A stretch of 64,000 nucleotides of DNA, from NCBI RefSeq assembly GCF_004010195.1, contig NC_057756.1, positions 7,864,945 to 7,928,944 on the forward strand, given 5' to 3'. This DNA is from Chiloscyllium plagiosum. Taxonomy: Eukaryota. The translations under genes and the position numbers were made by a program. The notes beneath the pieces are model-generated. The model made no database searches, was not told the origin of the DNA, and saw nothing but the letters and a program-made list of their open reading frames with translations. How positions within the stretch are numbered: position 1 is the first letter of the stretch; the number at the start of each line of letters is the position of its first letter. Shown one piece after another: positions 53,540-64,000 of this stretch.

Positions 53540-55100
53540 ACAGGTCCGGAGGGACTGGGATAAGGTAGGGGGAGAAGAAATGAAGAAGTTGTTTCAATTC
53601 ACATTTATCCCATGTGATTGCAAAATCCTAAGGCAATCTTAATATGAGGCGTTCCTCCTCCAGGTGCTGGGGGGAAACAGTTTGGCAATGGGGGAGGCCC
53701 AGAACTTGCATGTCCTTGACGGAGTGGGAAGGGGGAGTTGAAGTGTTCAGCCACGGGGCGGTAGGGTTGGTGGTTGCGGGTGTCCCAGAGATGCTCTCTG
53801 AAATGATATGCAAGAAGGCGTCCTGTCTCCCCAATGTAGAGGAGACTACACCGGGTGCAACGGATGTAGTAGGTGACATTGTTAGAGGTACAAGTGACTT
53901 TCTTATGATCGTGGAAGGATCCCTTGGGGCCTTGGACAGAAGTGAGGGGAGTGGTGTGGGTGCAGGTTTTGCACTTCCTGCGGTGGCAGGGAAAGGTGCA
54001 ATCTGGTGGGGGGTGTGGACCTGATGAGAGAGTCACGGAGCGAATAGTTTTTTTGGAATGCTGATAGGGGTCGGGGTGGGGGGAGGAATATGTTTCTGCT
54101 GGTGGCGTCTGTTTGGAGGTGGTGAAAGTGGCAGAGGATGATGCGTTGTATGCGGAGATTGGGGTGGAAGGTGAGGATCGGGGATTTCTGTCCTTGTTGC
54201 ATTAGCATGAATGGAGTTCAAGGGCGGTGGTGTGTGAAATGGAGGAGATGCGTTGGAGGGCATCATCAACCACTTGGGAAGGGTAGTTGTGATCGTGGAA
54301 GAAGGAGGCCATCTGGGACTTCCTGAGGTGGAATTGGTCATCCTGGGAACAGATGTGGCAGAGGCGGAAGAACTGGCAATAAGGGATGCCGTTTTTACAG
54401 GAGGTAGGGTGGGAGGAGGTGTAATCTAGGTAGCTGTGTGAGTCAGTGGGCTTGCAGTATATGTCTGTGGTTAGTCGGTCTCCACAGACGGTCTAGGAAG
54501 GGGAGGGAGGTTGCTGAGATAGTCCAGGTGAATTTGAGGTCAGGGTGAAAGGTATTGGAAAAGTTGATGAACTGTTCAACCTCCTCATGGGAGTATGAGG
54601 CCGTGCCAATACAGTCACTGATCTAGTGGAGGTACAGCTTGGAGGTGGTGCCGGTGTAACTGCAGAAGTTGGGCTGTTCCACATATCTGACAAACAGGCA
54701 GGCATAGCCGGTTCCCATTGGGTGCCCATGGATACCCCTTTGGTTTGGGGCAAGTGGGAGGATTGGATGGAGAAGTTGTTGAGCGTGAGGACCAGGTCAG
54801 CCAGGTGGATGAAGGTGTCGGTGGAAGTGTACTGGTTGGTACGGTGTGAGAGGAAGAAACAGAGGGCTTGGAGACCTTCATTGCGGCGGATTGATATGAA
54901 GAGGTACTGGATGTCCGTGGTGAAGATGAGGCATTGGGGGCCGGGGAAATGAAACTCTTGGAGGAGGTGAAGGGCATGGATGGTGTCATAAACAGTGGGT
55001 GAGGAGTTCCTGGACTAAGGGGACAGGATGATGTCAACTTAGGAAGAGATGAGTTCGGTGGGATAGGCGAAGGCTGAGACAATGGGTTAGTGCTTAGGGA
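53540..55100 (-). mobile_element. Penelope-like element (RT plus GIY-YIG, degraded)
   Basis: QTKGVSMGT RT motif; NVTYYIRCTRCSLLYIGETGRLLAYHFREH GIY-YIG motif. Confidence 0.85.
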
Positions 55101-55583
55101 TACCCAACATGGCATTGCACATGGAAACCATGTATCACTGGTTTGAATGAATTTTTTGAAGAAGTAACAAAGAGAATCAATGAGCGCAGAGCAGTGGACG
55201 TGATCGGTACAGACCTCAGTAAAGCATTCAACAAGGTTCCTTCATAGACTGGTTAGCAATCTTAGATCACATGAAATACAGGGAGAACTAGCCATTTGGA
55301 TGCAGAACTGGCTCAAGGGTAGAAAACAGAGGGTGGTGGAGGAGGCTTGCTTCTTGGACTGGAGGCCTGTGACCAGTGGTGTGCCAAAACAATTGGTGCT
55401 GGGTCCACTGCTTTTCATCATTTATATAAATGATTTGGATGTGAACATAGGAGGTATGTTTAGTAAGTTTACGGGTGACACCAAAATTGCAGGTGCAGTG
55501 GACATAGAAAAAGGTTACTTGAGAGTACAATGGGATCCTAATCAAATGGGCCAATGGGCTGAGGAGTGACAGATGAAGTTTAA

Positions 55584-55770
55584 GGTCAGGCAGCATCCAG
55601 GGAACAGGAGATTCGACGTTTCGGGCACAGGCCCTTCTTCAGGAATGGAATGAAGGCCTGTGCCCGAAACGTCGAATCTCCTGTTCCCTGGATGCTGCCT
55701 GACCTGCTGTGCTGTTCCAGCAATAAAGTTTCAACTTTGATCTCCAGCATCTGCAGACCTCACTTTCTCC
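55584..55770. mobile_element. 187-bp Penelope-like hairpin insertion inside a CR1
   Basis: Flanked by a 48-bp direct repeat (55536-55583 / 55771-55818). Confidence 0.8.
55611..55646 (-). ncRNA. Minimal hammerhead ribozyme motif
   Basis: Same sequence as 5805-5840. Confidence 0.75.
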
Positions 55771-58379
55771 TCCTAATCAAATGGGCCAATGGGCTGAGGA
55801 GTGACAGATGAAGTTTAATTTAGATAAATGTGAGATGTTGCATTTTGGAAAGGCAAATCAGGGCAGGACATATACACTTAATGATAAGGTTCTGGGGAGT
55901 GTTGGTGAACAAAATGTCCTTGGAGTGCAGGTTCATAGTTTCTGAAATGTGGAGTAGCAGGTATATAGGATAGTGTAGAAGGTGTTCAGTACTCATGCCT
56001 TTCTTGGTCAGTGCATTGAATAAAGGGGTTGGGAGGTCATGTTGAAGCCACTTTTGGAATAATGCATGCAGTTCTGGTCTCCATCCTATTGGAAGGATGT
56101 TGTGAAAATTGGAAGGATTCATAAAAGATATATAAGGAAGTTGCCAAGTTTGGAGTGTTTGAGCTATGGGGAGAAGCTGTAATGGTTGGGGCTGTTTTCC
56201 CTCAAGTGTTGGAGGCTGAGGGCGATCTTATAGAGGTTTATAAAGTCATGAGGAGCATGGATAGAGTAAATAAATATGGCTTTCTCCCCAAGTCAGGGAG
56301 TCCAATGGCAGCACGGTGGCTCAGTGGTTAGCACTGCTATCTCACAGCACCCGGGTCTCAGGTTCGATTCCAGCCTCAGGTGACTGTCTGTGCGGAGTTT
56401 GCACATTCTCCCCGTGTCTGCGTGGGTTTCCTCCCACAGTCCAAAGATGTGCAAGCCAGGTGAATTGGCCATGCTAAATTGCCCCATAGTGCTAGGTGCA
56501 TCAGTCAGAGGGAAATGGGTCTAGGCAGGTTACTCTTCGGAGGGTGTTCAAGTGTTTGTTCTCACCACAACATCATAATTCCACATGGCAAACTGTTCCA
56601 GTCCTGAAGAAGGGTTAATACTCAAAGCGTAGACTTATTCCACCTCCTGGTGTTGCCTGGCTTGCTGTTTTCTAATAACGTTCTGTTTGTCTACTTTGTG
56701 CTTGTAACTCTGCAGTTTTATTAACTATACACCATGCGTTCACAGACTTACAGTTTAACCCTCTCTCCCTTAATTGGACTTCACCTATTAACTGAATAAG
56801 TTTGATTTCTATGCTAGTCCAAGTTCATCCCCTGTGGTTGGAGGGTTCCCAGTCGGAAGATAAGACGCTCCTCCTCCGACCGTCGATTTCTATGCTGCCT
56901 GACTTTTTTCATGTTTTGTGCGCACAAATGTCTCTAATACTCTCTCTTGGTCCCTATATCCCAGCCCAATGAATATAAATCCTCCCCAACAGCACAAGCA
57001 AAATACCCCACAAGGAAATCACCCCCCGCTCAGTTCAGATGAAGTCTATCAGGTATCTACAGGTATCATCTTCCTCAGAGCCAGTCCCAGTGTCACAGCA
57101 CCCAGAAGCCCTACATCCTGCACTATCTTTCCAGGCACATTTCCAATTTCTCGTTCACTTGCAAGTGACATTAGGAGCAGTCCAGAAGTTCCTGCTGTGT
57201 TTCTGTTTGCTCATTTTCTTCCAAGCTCACCAAATTCTGACTGTGGGCCCACATCTCCCTTCCTACCTGTGTCGATTGTACATTTGGGATACAACCTCTG
57301 TTATCATTCACCCAGAAGCATTATCCAGTGATATCCCTGGCCCTAGCTGCAGGAAGACAACACACTGTCTTAGAGTCACTTTGACAGCTGCAGAAACATC
57401 TGTCTGACACCAAACTAAAGAATCCCCACTCAGTACAGCCCTTCCACTCTTGCCTCATCCCTCCTGAACAGCTGGGCATTGTGTGTTGCTGCACACCTCC
57501 AGGGATCCATCACCAACATCCAGGTGGAAAACCAGCTGGTGAGTGAGACCTCTGAGAACTCCTGCACTACCTTCCTGGTTCTCTTGGACTGCCAGGTGTT
57601 CTCACTTTCCCTACCTGCCTGCTTTCCCCCAACCTGTGTTATGACCGCCTCCCTGCATGTGCAATCCACATCGTTCTCTGCCTCACAGACACAGCTCAAT
57701 GATTGTAGCTGCTGCTTGAGCTCTGAAACCCAGAGATCGAGTTTGTGCAGCCGCTGTAACTTCCTATACTTGGGCTTGCCCATGACTCCCTGTCCACCAG
57801 AGGATGGGGTTCACGTGGCTGAGCTGACATTTTAGTGTATCTTTAGTAAAATTTACTTTCATTAACCTGTTTCTTGTGCTGTTAACTAATAACCGATAAT
57901 GAGCAGAAAGTAGAAATCCTTGGCCCATGTTTACATATTATCTTCCTCTTGTGCTTATAAATTTTACCTTCCCAGTGCTAGTTTACAAAGTCACATTTTT
58001 CAGAATTGCACCTAGCACTATGGGGCAATTTAGCAAGGCCAATTCACCTGGCTTGCACATCTTTGGACTGTGGGAGGAAACCCACGCAGACACGGGGAGA
58101 ATGTGCAAACTCCACACAGACAGTCACCTGAGGCTGGAATCGAACCTAGGACCCGGGTGCTGTGAGATAGCACTGAGCCACCGTGCTGCCATTGGACTCC
58201 CTGACTTGGGGAGAAAGCCATATTTATTTACTCTATCCATGCCCCTCATGATATTGGAACACAGACTTTAACAGCAACTTATTAACAAGCAATATCTCTC
58301 CTGTGATATCACTCTTCGACTACTTTCTGGACATGACCCAGCTACCAGGATGGGTACTCCCTTATAGGCTTGACCTCCA

Positions 58380-59800
58380 GTCTCTTTAAGTTTCTCATCA
58401 TTTACAGTTAGAATTGGAGCTTGTGACTTAGGGGAAGATGCAGTCTTACTGCAAAATGATATATTTGACATAAAGAAGCTAATATGGCACTGTTCACATA
58501 AAATTAATTGGCTTCACAGGACGCACTGTTCAGTGGAAAAAGAAAATCTGGTCTTGTTACTGCTCTGAAACATTTCAAAGTCTATGTCCATCATAACTAC
58601 AAAGGAACACTCATATGTACTGACTGTAATCTAATGGCCTTTGGAGACAAATTTAAAAATCAAAATGCCAACTGTTTCACTGGAGTTTCCTGATTAAACT
58701 AAATAAAGAATTGTTTGTATGCCTGAAGCAGATATTATTATTGCTGATGCACTGTCAACAAAGTAATCATGCTGGGTTAGATTGACGATTAAGAAAATAA
58801 TAAGAAACTGTATCAGTATTATGGAGAATGAAGGTGAATGAATGTAAGTTTGACTTATTTTATGTTTTTATGGCGTAGATATTTTCATGTTTATATCACA
58901 ATGAAATGCATTTGGAAATGGTGTTTCATTTTTCAAGGAGGGAGGCATGTTGGTGATACATTTTTTATAATTCAGGGCCAACACCAAATGAAATATCAAA
59001 CTGGTTGGGTGTTCTGGATTGAAAATGGTTTACCAATGCTTTGATGGAACACGTGACTTCTGGAAATTGTTCAACATTAATTTGCGCTGTGACTCACCTG
59101 ATCATTATTGAAATGTCAAGTAACTTTGGAAAGGAAAAAAGTGAAGCTTTCAAGAGGATTACTTGAGATTTAATTCTCGGATAAAACTTCATTGGAACAA
59201 ATGGGATGTACGTGCTGAAGGATTTTTTTAGCAACACTCTTCTGGAGTTGGGTCCTGTTTTTCCAGCACATCTGTAAGTGTCATTGGGAGAAATTATCTC
59301 AAAATGTGTAGTTGGAAAGTCTCTTTCTCCTGAAACAATAAGAGGATACCTCACACCAGCACAAGCTGCACAGATCTCTCCCTCGTTGAAATATTTCTGG
59401 GAACCTGAGAAGTTGAGATGTCAGTACTTCTAACAATCTCATCAACTCTGAAAGCATGGATTTTCCTTCTATCAAAGACCTAAATCCAACTGACCATCCA
59501 TCTGACTGAAATCTGATCTGAAGATATTCCATCACTCTATAGTGGACAGTGTTTCAATCTGATCGACAGGAAACTCGTTCTTTCCTTTGACTACTGATCT
59601 TAGGCTGTGGGTGTTTTTGTTTCCCCCCTTGGCTTTGAAAATAATATCATCTCTGCAGAGCTGGATGGTGTTTGTCATGTGAATATTTTCATTCATGTTA
59701 ATGGGATATTGTTTTAATTCTGGAAGATACCTTGGTTGTGAACAGTTTTTCCACTTTATTTAAAATGCAGCTTGATTATTGTGAACAAGTTATTGTTCTG
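58380..59800 (+). mobile_element. Gypsy RNase H remnant, polypurine tract and probable LTR (paralog about 37560-39180)
   Basis: ALKHFKVYV...TDCNLMAFGDKFKNQNA resembles the Gypsy RNase H ALxHF..Y..TDHNPL..KxxN motif; aaggagggagg followed by tgt at about 58935-58950. Confidence 0.55.
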
Positions 59801-60029
59801 TGCATTATAGAAACCTGGTGAAAGTCATGAATGTTCTAGATAATGGCATGAAAGGGTAGCAATATGGTGATTTAATCAGAACCATTTACACCAATGGTAC
59901 AGTGTGGTAATTAAGTCATGAAATGTACAAACACTGGTTATCACATCCATAAAACAGACTAACCAAACACAAGGGGGTTTTGCAGTTTTCAACTGGTGTG
60001 CTTTTGAAAAATTGGAATATATCATTTCC

Positions 60030-60392
60030 TTGAAACATGAAGCTGGATTACAGGAAAGTTGCTGAATTTATACATGTTGAATTCCACTCTGAACCAATAA
60101 GGTCCTGCATCTTCCCATCTGATGTTGCTTATAATCAGGGAATAGTCATCATCTTTGAGGTTTCCAGACAGCCAGATCCAATGGTGGTACCGTGGCAACT
60201 TGCGACTGTGATCCTGGGAGTGAAAGGCTATCCACGATGTGACCGGTTTCTCATTATGAAACCAGATTCCAACTTGCGGTTGGTTTGCCAGATGTGAAGG
60301 GTAACTGTAATGACATGGAATCTGTGCACAGGAACTTTCCTGTACTATCACCTCATGTGGAGTATTGACTTTCCACTCTTGTGCCAGTCCAG
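60030..60392 (-). CDS. Siglec-like V-set exon, copy 4 (open frame; splice donor mutated; probably pseudogene)
   Basis: ccccag|CT GGA CTG GCA... reads GLAQEWKVNTPHEVIVQESSCAQIPCHYSYPSHLANQPQVGIWFHNEKPVTSWIAFHSQDHSRKLPRYHHWIWLSGNLKDDDYSLIISNIRWEDAGPYWFRVEFNMYKFSNFPVIQLHVS. 363 nt, phase 1/1. Donor is GGAAAT where copy 3 has GTGAGT; read-through stop at 60022-60024. Confidence 0.9.
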
Positions 60393-63300
60393 CTGGGGAG
60401 AGTAATATCAGTAGTCAACTAGACTCACTGGTTGAACAGTCTCAGAGCAGGTTTCAATGTAAATCAGAGGCTGGCTGCTGAAAACCATGGGAGCTGAGAG
60501 ACTCTGCCAGGGAGCCCTTGGAATCCATAAATCACAATTTGAGAATATGTGGGACTAAAGTCACAGAGATCTGGATTGTAGACAAAGGCCCTATGGCATT
60601 TTATGTCCCTGCCCGTTAACAATTCTCATCCCATTTTCTGGCACTCGGCCCATCGCCTTGTAGGCTTTGGTGTGGTAAATGCACATTAAAATACTGATTA
60701 AATGTTATGAGGATTTCTGCTTTGACTTCTCCACCTCCTGATGTTGCCTGGCTTGCTGTGTTATTCTAGCCTCCTGCCTGTCTACCAACCTCACAGGCAG
60801 TGAGTTCCTGACTTTTCACCACTCCCTGGGTGAAAATGTTTTTCCTTGCATCTCATTGAAACATTTTTCCCCTTACTTTAAATTGCTGGTCATTGATCCT
60901 TCCACCAAGGGGAAAGGTTTCTCCCCGTCTACCCTCTCTGCACCCGCACAGTTTTATTCACCTCAATCACATCTCCTTCAATCTCCTCTCTAGGGGTAAC
61001 AACACCAGCCTGTCTAATCTCCCTTCATAACTAAACCTCTCCATCCTATGCAACAACCTGGTAGATATCTTCTGCACCTTCTCCAGTGCCACCACATCCC
61101 TCCCATAATGTGGATACCAGAACTGCACACAATAGTGTAGCTCTGGCATAACCAATGTAATATACAGTTCCAGCATCACCTCCCTGCTCTTGAACTCCAT
61201 GCCTGGGCTAATAAAGGCAAGTATTCCATATGCTGACCATAAGTAAAATTAAATTTGTCGATGACTCCGAATAGTTACTCCAATGACTCTGAACCGAACT
61301 TTTGACTAATTCCAGACTTTGTGAATGATTAACTCCAAACATTGGATTTGTATTAAAGAATTGATCGAATACATAGTAACATTAGCAGAGAAAAATCAAA
61401 CAACATGGTACTCTAATTAATATCTATTATGTAAACCAGAAATATTTGTATTTAGCCCCATTCACACAGACAAGCAAAGTAACATCGTTCACAGATGAAT
61501 GAAACACAATAATAAAACTAGCCAGATAACTTAAATGGTTTTCAGGATGCATTGTATCACAAGTATAAATGTGGACTCCTTGTTGCTTCTCTGGAAATCA
61601 GGCTCACCTTTTGAATTTACTTAGGTAAAAGTAGTAATACTTCTAACTCAGCTTTATACTCTTTGTTCTTCTGGAAGCTGGCATGGGACATTCATCAGAG
61701 AGCATTTAAATCTTCATGCTATGTCATCAGCAACAAACTAATCTCAGCAGAAAGTACAGTTTAAAAAAAAACTTCAACCCTGGTTTCACCTTGATAAGCT
61801 GATTGTCTTTGCCCAAGGTCTCAATTACCATTCACTATCTGTCACCTGCTTGAATGTAGGGTCTCTTCCAGACTAGCCAGAACCAATTCCTAGGTACTAA
61901 CCTCATGTGTCCGCCAACTTCTATTTAAACACATTGATATTCCTGGGATCGCTGTGTCTGTTGGAATCCTTTTAATCAAGAATCAGCATGCAACTAACCT
62001 TAAGGCCTGGCAACACAAACAAATAAAAAATTGTTTGGTCTCTTCTTTTCCACTCAGAATAAGCTATTGCAAAGTGAACAAGTTATTTTTGTCTCACAAC
62101 TCTTAGTTCACAGGTCCAAACCAAAACTGACACAATAAACAGAAAAATAATGAAAAAATCAACAAGCATCCTAACACCTTCTTAACTATTTTATCCACCT
62201 GTCCTGACATCTTAAGGGATAAGTGTACATGCACACCAAAATCCATCTGATCTTGGTACTTCCCAGGGTTCTACTATTTATTATGTATTCCTTTGCCTTG
62301 TTTGTCCTGCCCATGTACATAACTTTACATCTTTCAGGACTGAACTCCATTACTCACTGATCTGCCGATCTGGCGAGCTCATCTAAATCCTCCTTGATAT
62401 TTTTAACCTTGCCAACATTCCTGTCATTTGCAAATTTACTGACCAATCCTCTGACTTTCAAGTGTGAATCATTTATATAAACCACAACCACAATAATCCC
62501 AATACTTACCCCGGTGGGATCCTACTGGTCATAGATGACCAGAGGAGAAAACACCTGTCAACCATCACCCTCTTTTGCCTGCCACTTAGCCAATTATGAC
62601 TCCAACATGCCATCATTCCTTGGATCAAATGGGCTTTGATATTTGCTGTTACTCTCCCACACATGACCTTATCAAAAGCCTTGCAGAAGTCCAAGAAGAT
62701 GTCTTCCAACCCACACCTGGTCACCTTTTTGGAAAAATCAACCAAGTTGTTCAGACATGACCTGCCCCTAACACCTTTCCTGCTGTAAGGAATCACTCTG
62801 AATCTTCATTGATGAAGGGATCCCTTTGGATTCTCATTGTGTAAGGGATTATTTTTGATCCAAATCTAATGTTGTTGTATTGTTAATTCTGATACAGCAT
62901 AGGAGACCAACTGTTCCCCAAGCTCAGTACTGATCCTACTACAGCAGACACTATGAAACAGTCAAACAAAGTGTGTCTAACCTGAGCTCTGTATGTGCTG
63001 ACAGTAAAGATAAATATAGAATCAAATGTTTGACACGTTTACTGACTGCTTTGCCTTTCTTTATCTGTTGGTTATCTCACCCCCTTATTGAGGTTTGTAG
63101 CACTGTGAAATTTGACAGGAAGTGTGATGTTGAACAGCATGTCTATTCTAGGAGCTGCTGTGTTGTCTTAATGGGCAATTCTAATGAAAATCAGCATAAG
63201 ACAGAAATTACAAACAATTGTAATTGGACTAGCAGTTTCAGAGTAAATATCAATCCCCAGTTTTTATCATGGCTCACTCCCATGACTAGATCATTCTTCA

Positions 63301-63624
63301 CTGATCTGCATTGGTTATCAAAGCTTCAACTTTATGACAATCTCCAGTTATTTCTCACCCCCTCATCTCCCTTCTCCATTCCCTAATCCTGTATCCTCCT
63401 CTAGATCTGCAATCTACACTGCAAACTCTCCGTGCTGCTCCATTACTATTGTCAGACTGGGAGCCAGTGTGTATCAGTGAGCTCAGTGAGGATGTGTGAA
63501 CCAGACTTGGTATGAGTTTGTACACTGGCTCACTGCTGGATTGGTTCCCAATCAGAGCTCAGTGCAAACAATCTTTAACAAAGACTATTAACCATAAATC
63601 TTTCTGAGGTAACGATAATATTAA

Positions 63625-63706
63625 CTTGGAGAAATGACAGCAGGAAATAAGATTTCCCAATCATTTTCTGCTCCTAGAAATTTAATCAGTTTCTCCCTCT
63701 CAAGGT
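63625..63706 (-). pseudogene. Leader exon copy 4 (MIGKSYFLLSFLQ), donor altered
   Basis: ATG at 63662-63664 is intact. CAA G|TTAAT replaces CAA G|GTAAT, so the only GT is shifted by one base (phase 0). Confidence 0.75.
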
Positions 63707-64000
63707 CTGGAAGAGAAAGGAGTTAATGAGACCTCACATCTTGTCCAACAGCTGTGAAGAGATTAAGGCATCTTTTAAACAATGTCCTTACAAACTACTT
63801 TGATTCTCTGCAGTATGATAGGTGCTCTGCAGAGAATTAGAAGGCTTCAAGAAATTAAAACAATGAAGAATTTGAATTTCTGCAGAGTTTTAATCTCCTC
63901 TGAATACCCCAAAACTCATGGCTCTGCATATTACTCATCCCTTGATCAAGAAAGATGCTCTGTTTGACTGACTTGAGCCTTACAGCCAGATCACAACAAT

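Larger units (their letters stand above)
55140..56300 (+). mobile_element. CR1 LINE 3' part
   Basis: WRPVTSGVPKQLVLGPLLFIIYINDLD. Confidence 0.85.
56550..64000. repeat. Segmental duplication unit (copy 4), continues past the window end
   Basis: As above. Confidence 0.9.

Noticed and set aside
59098-59329. Exon-like open frame (GERDFPTTHFEIISP...) with AG/GT sites, also open in the paralog at 38432-38670; possible stalk exon
   Set aside because: It lies antisense within a probable LTR after a polypurine tract. End phases differ between copies (2 versus 0) and neither fits the phase-1 TM exon.
60428-60488. ATG...GTGAGT mini-exon immediately upstream of the copy 4 V exon
   Set aside because: The implied intron is under 40 nt, the peptide is not signal-like, and the paralog lacks both the ATG and the GT.

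Overview
AT-rich vertebrate genomic DNA with two assembly gaps (6245-7062, 27379-27657). The repeat content (HE1/V-SINE-type tRNA SINEs, CR1 LINEs, Penelope-like elements) points to a cartilaginous fish (shark); that assignment is inference from repeat families. Most of the window is decayed retroelements. Hidden among them, and almost absent from the ORF track, is a minus-strand tandem array of four copies of a Siglec/MAG/CD22-like immunoglobulin receptor gene. The unit is a non-coding exon 1 with an ETS-site promoter, a 13-codon leader exon (MIxKSYFLLSxLQ), then a V-set exon with Siglec hallmarks (CxxIPC, E-strand CSL, F-strand YxFR-E with the essential Arg). Copies 2-4 carry disabling lesions. 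Copy 1 has an intact leader, and its V exon is not seen in the window. Copy 4 is followed by a charged transmembrane exon (duplicated) and short tail exons, with no C2 exon visible, which suggests a single-V activating receptor. Separate Tyr-motif (ITIM-like) terminal exons lie at 30.4-31.2 kb. Copies 3 and 4 sit in a segmental duplication with patches of near-identity that look like gene conversion. The Penelope-like insertions carry many minimal hammerhead ribozyme motifs, often as inverted pairs flanked by target-site duplications (TSDs).
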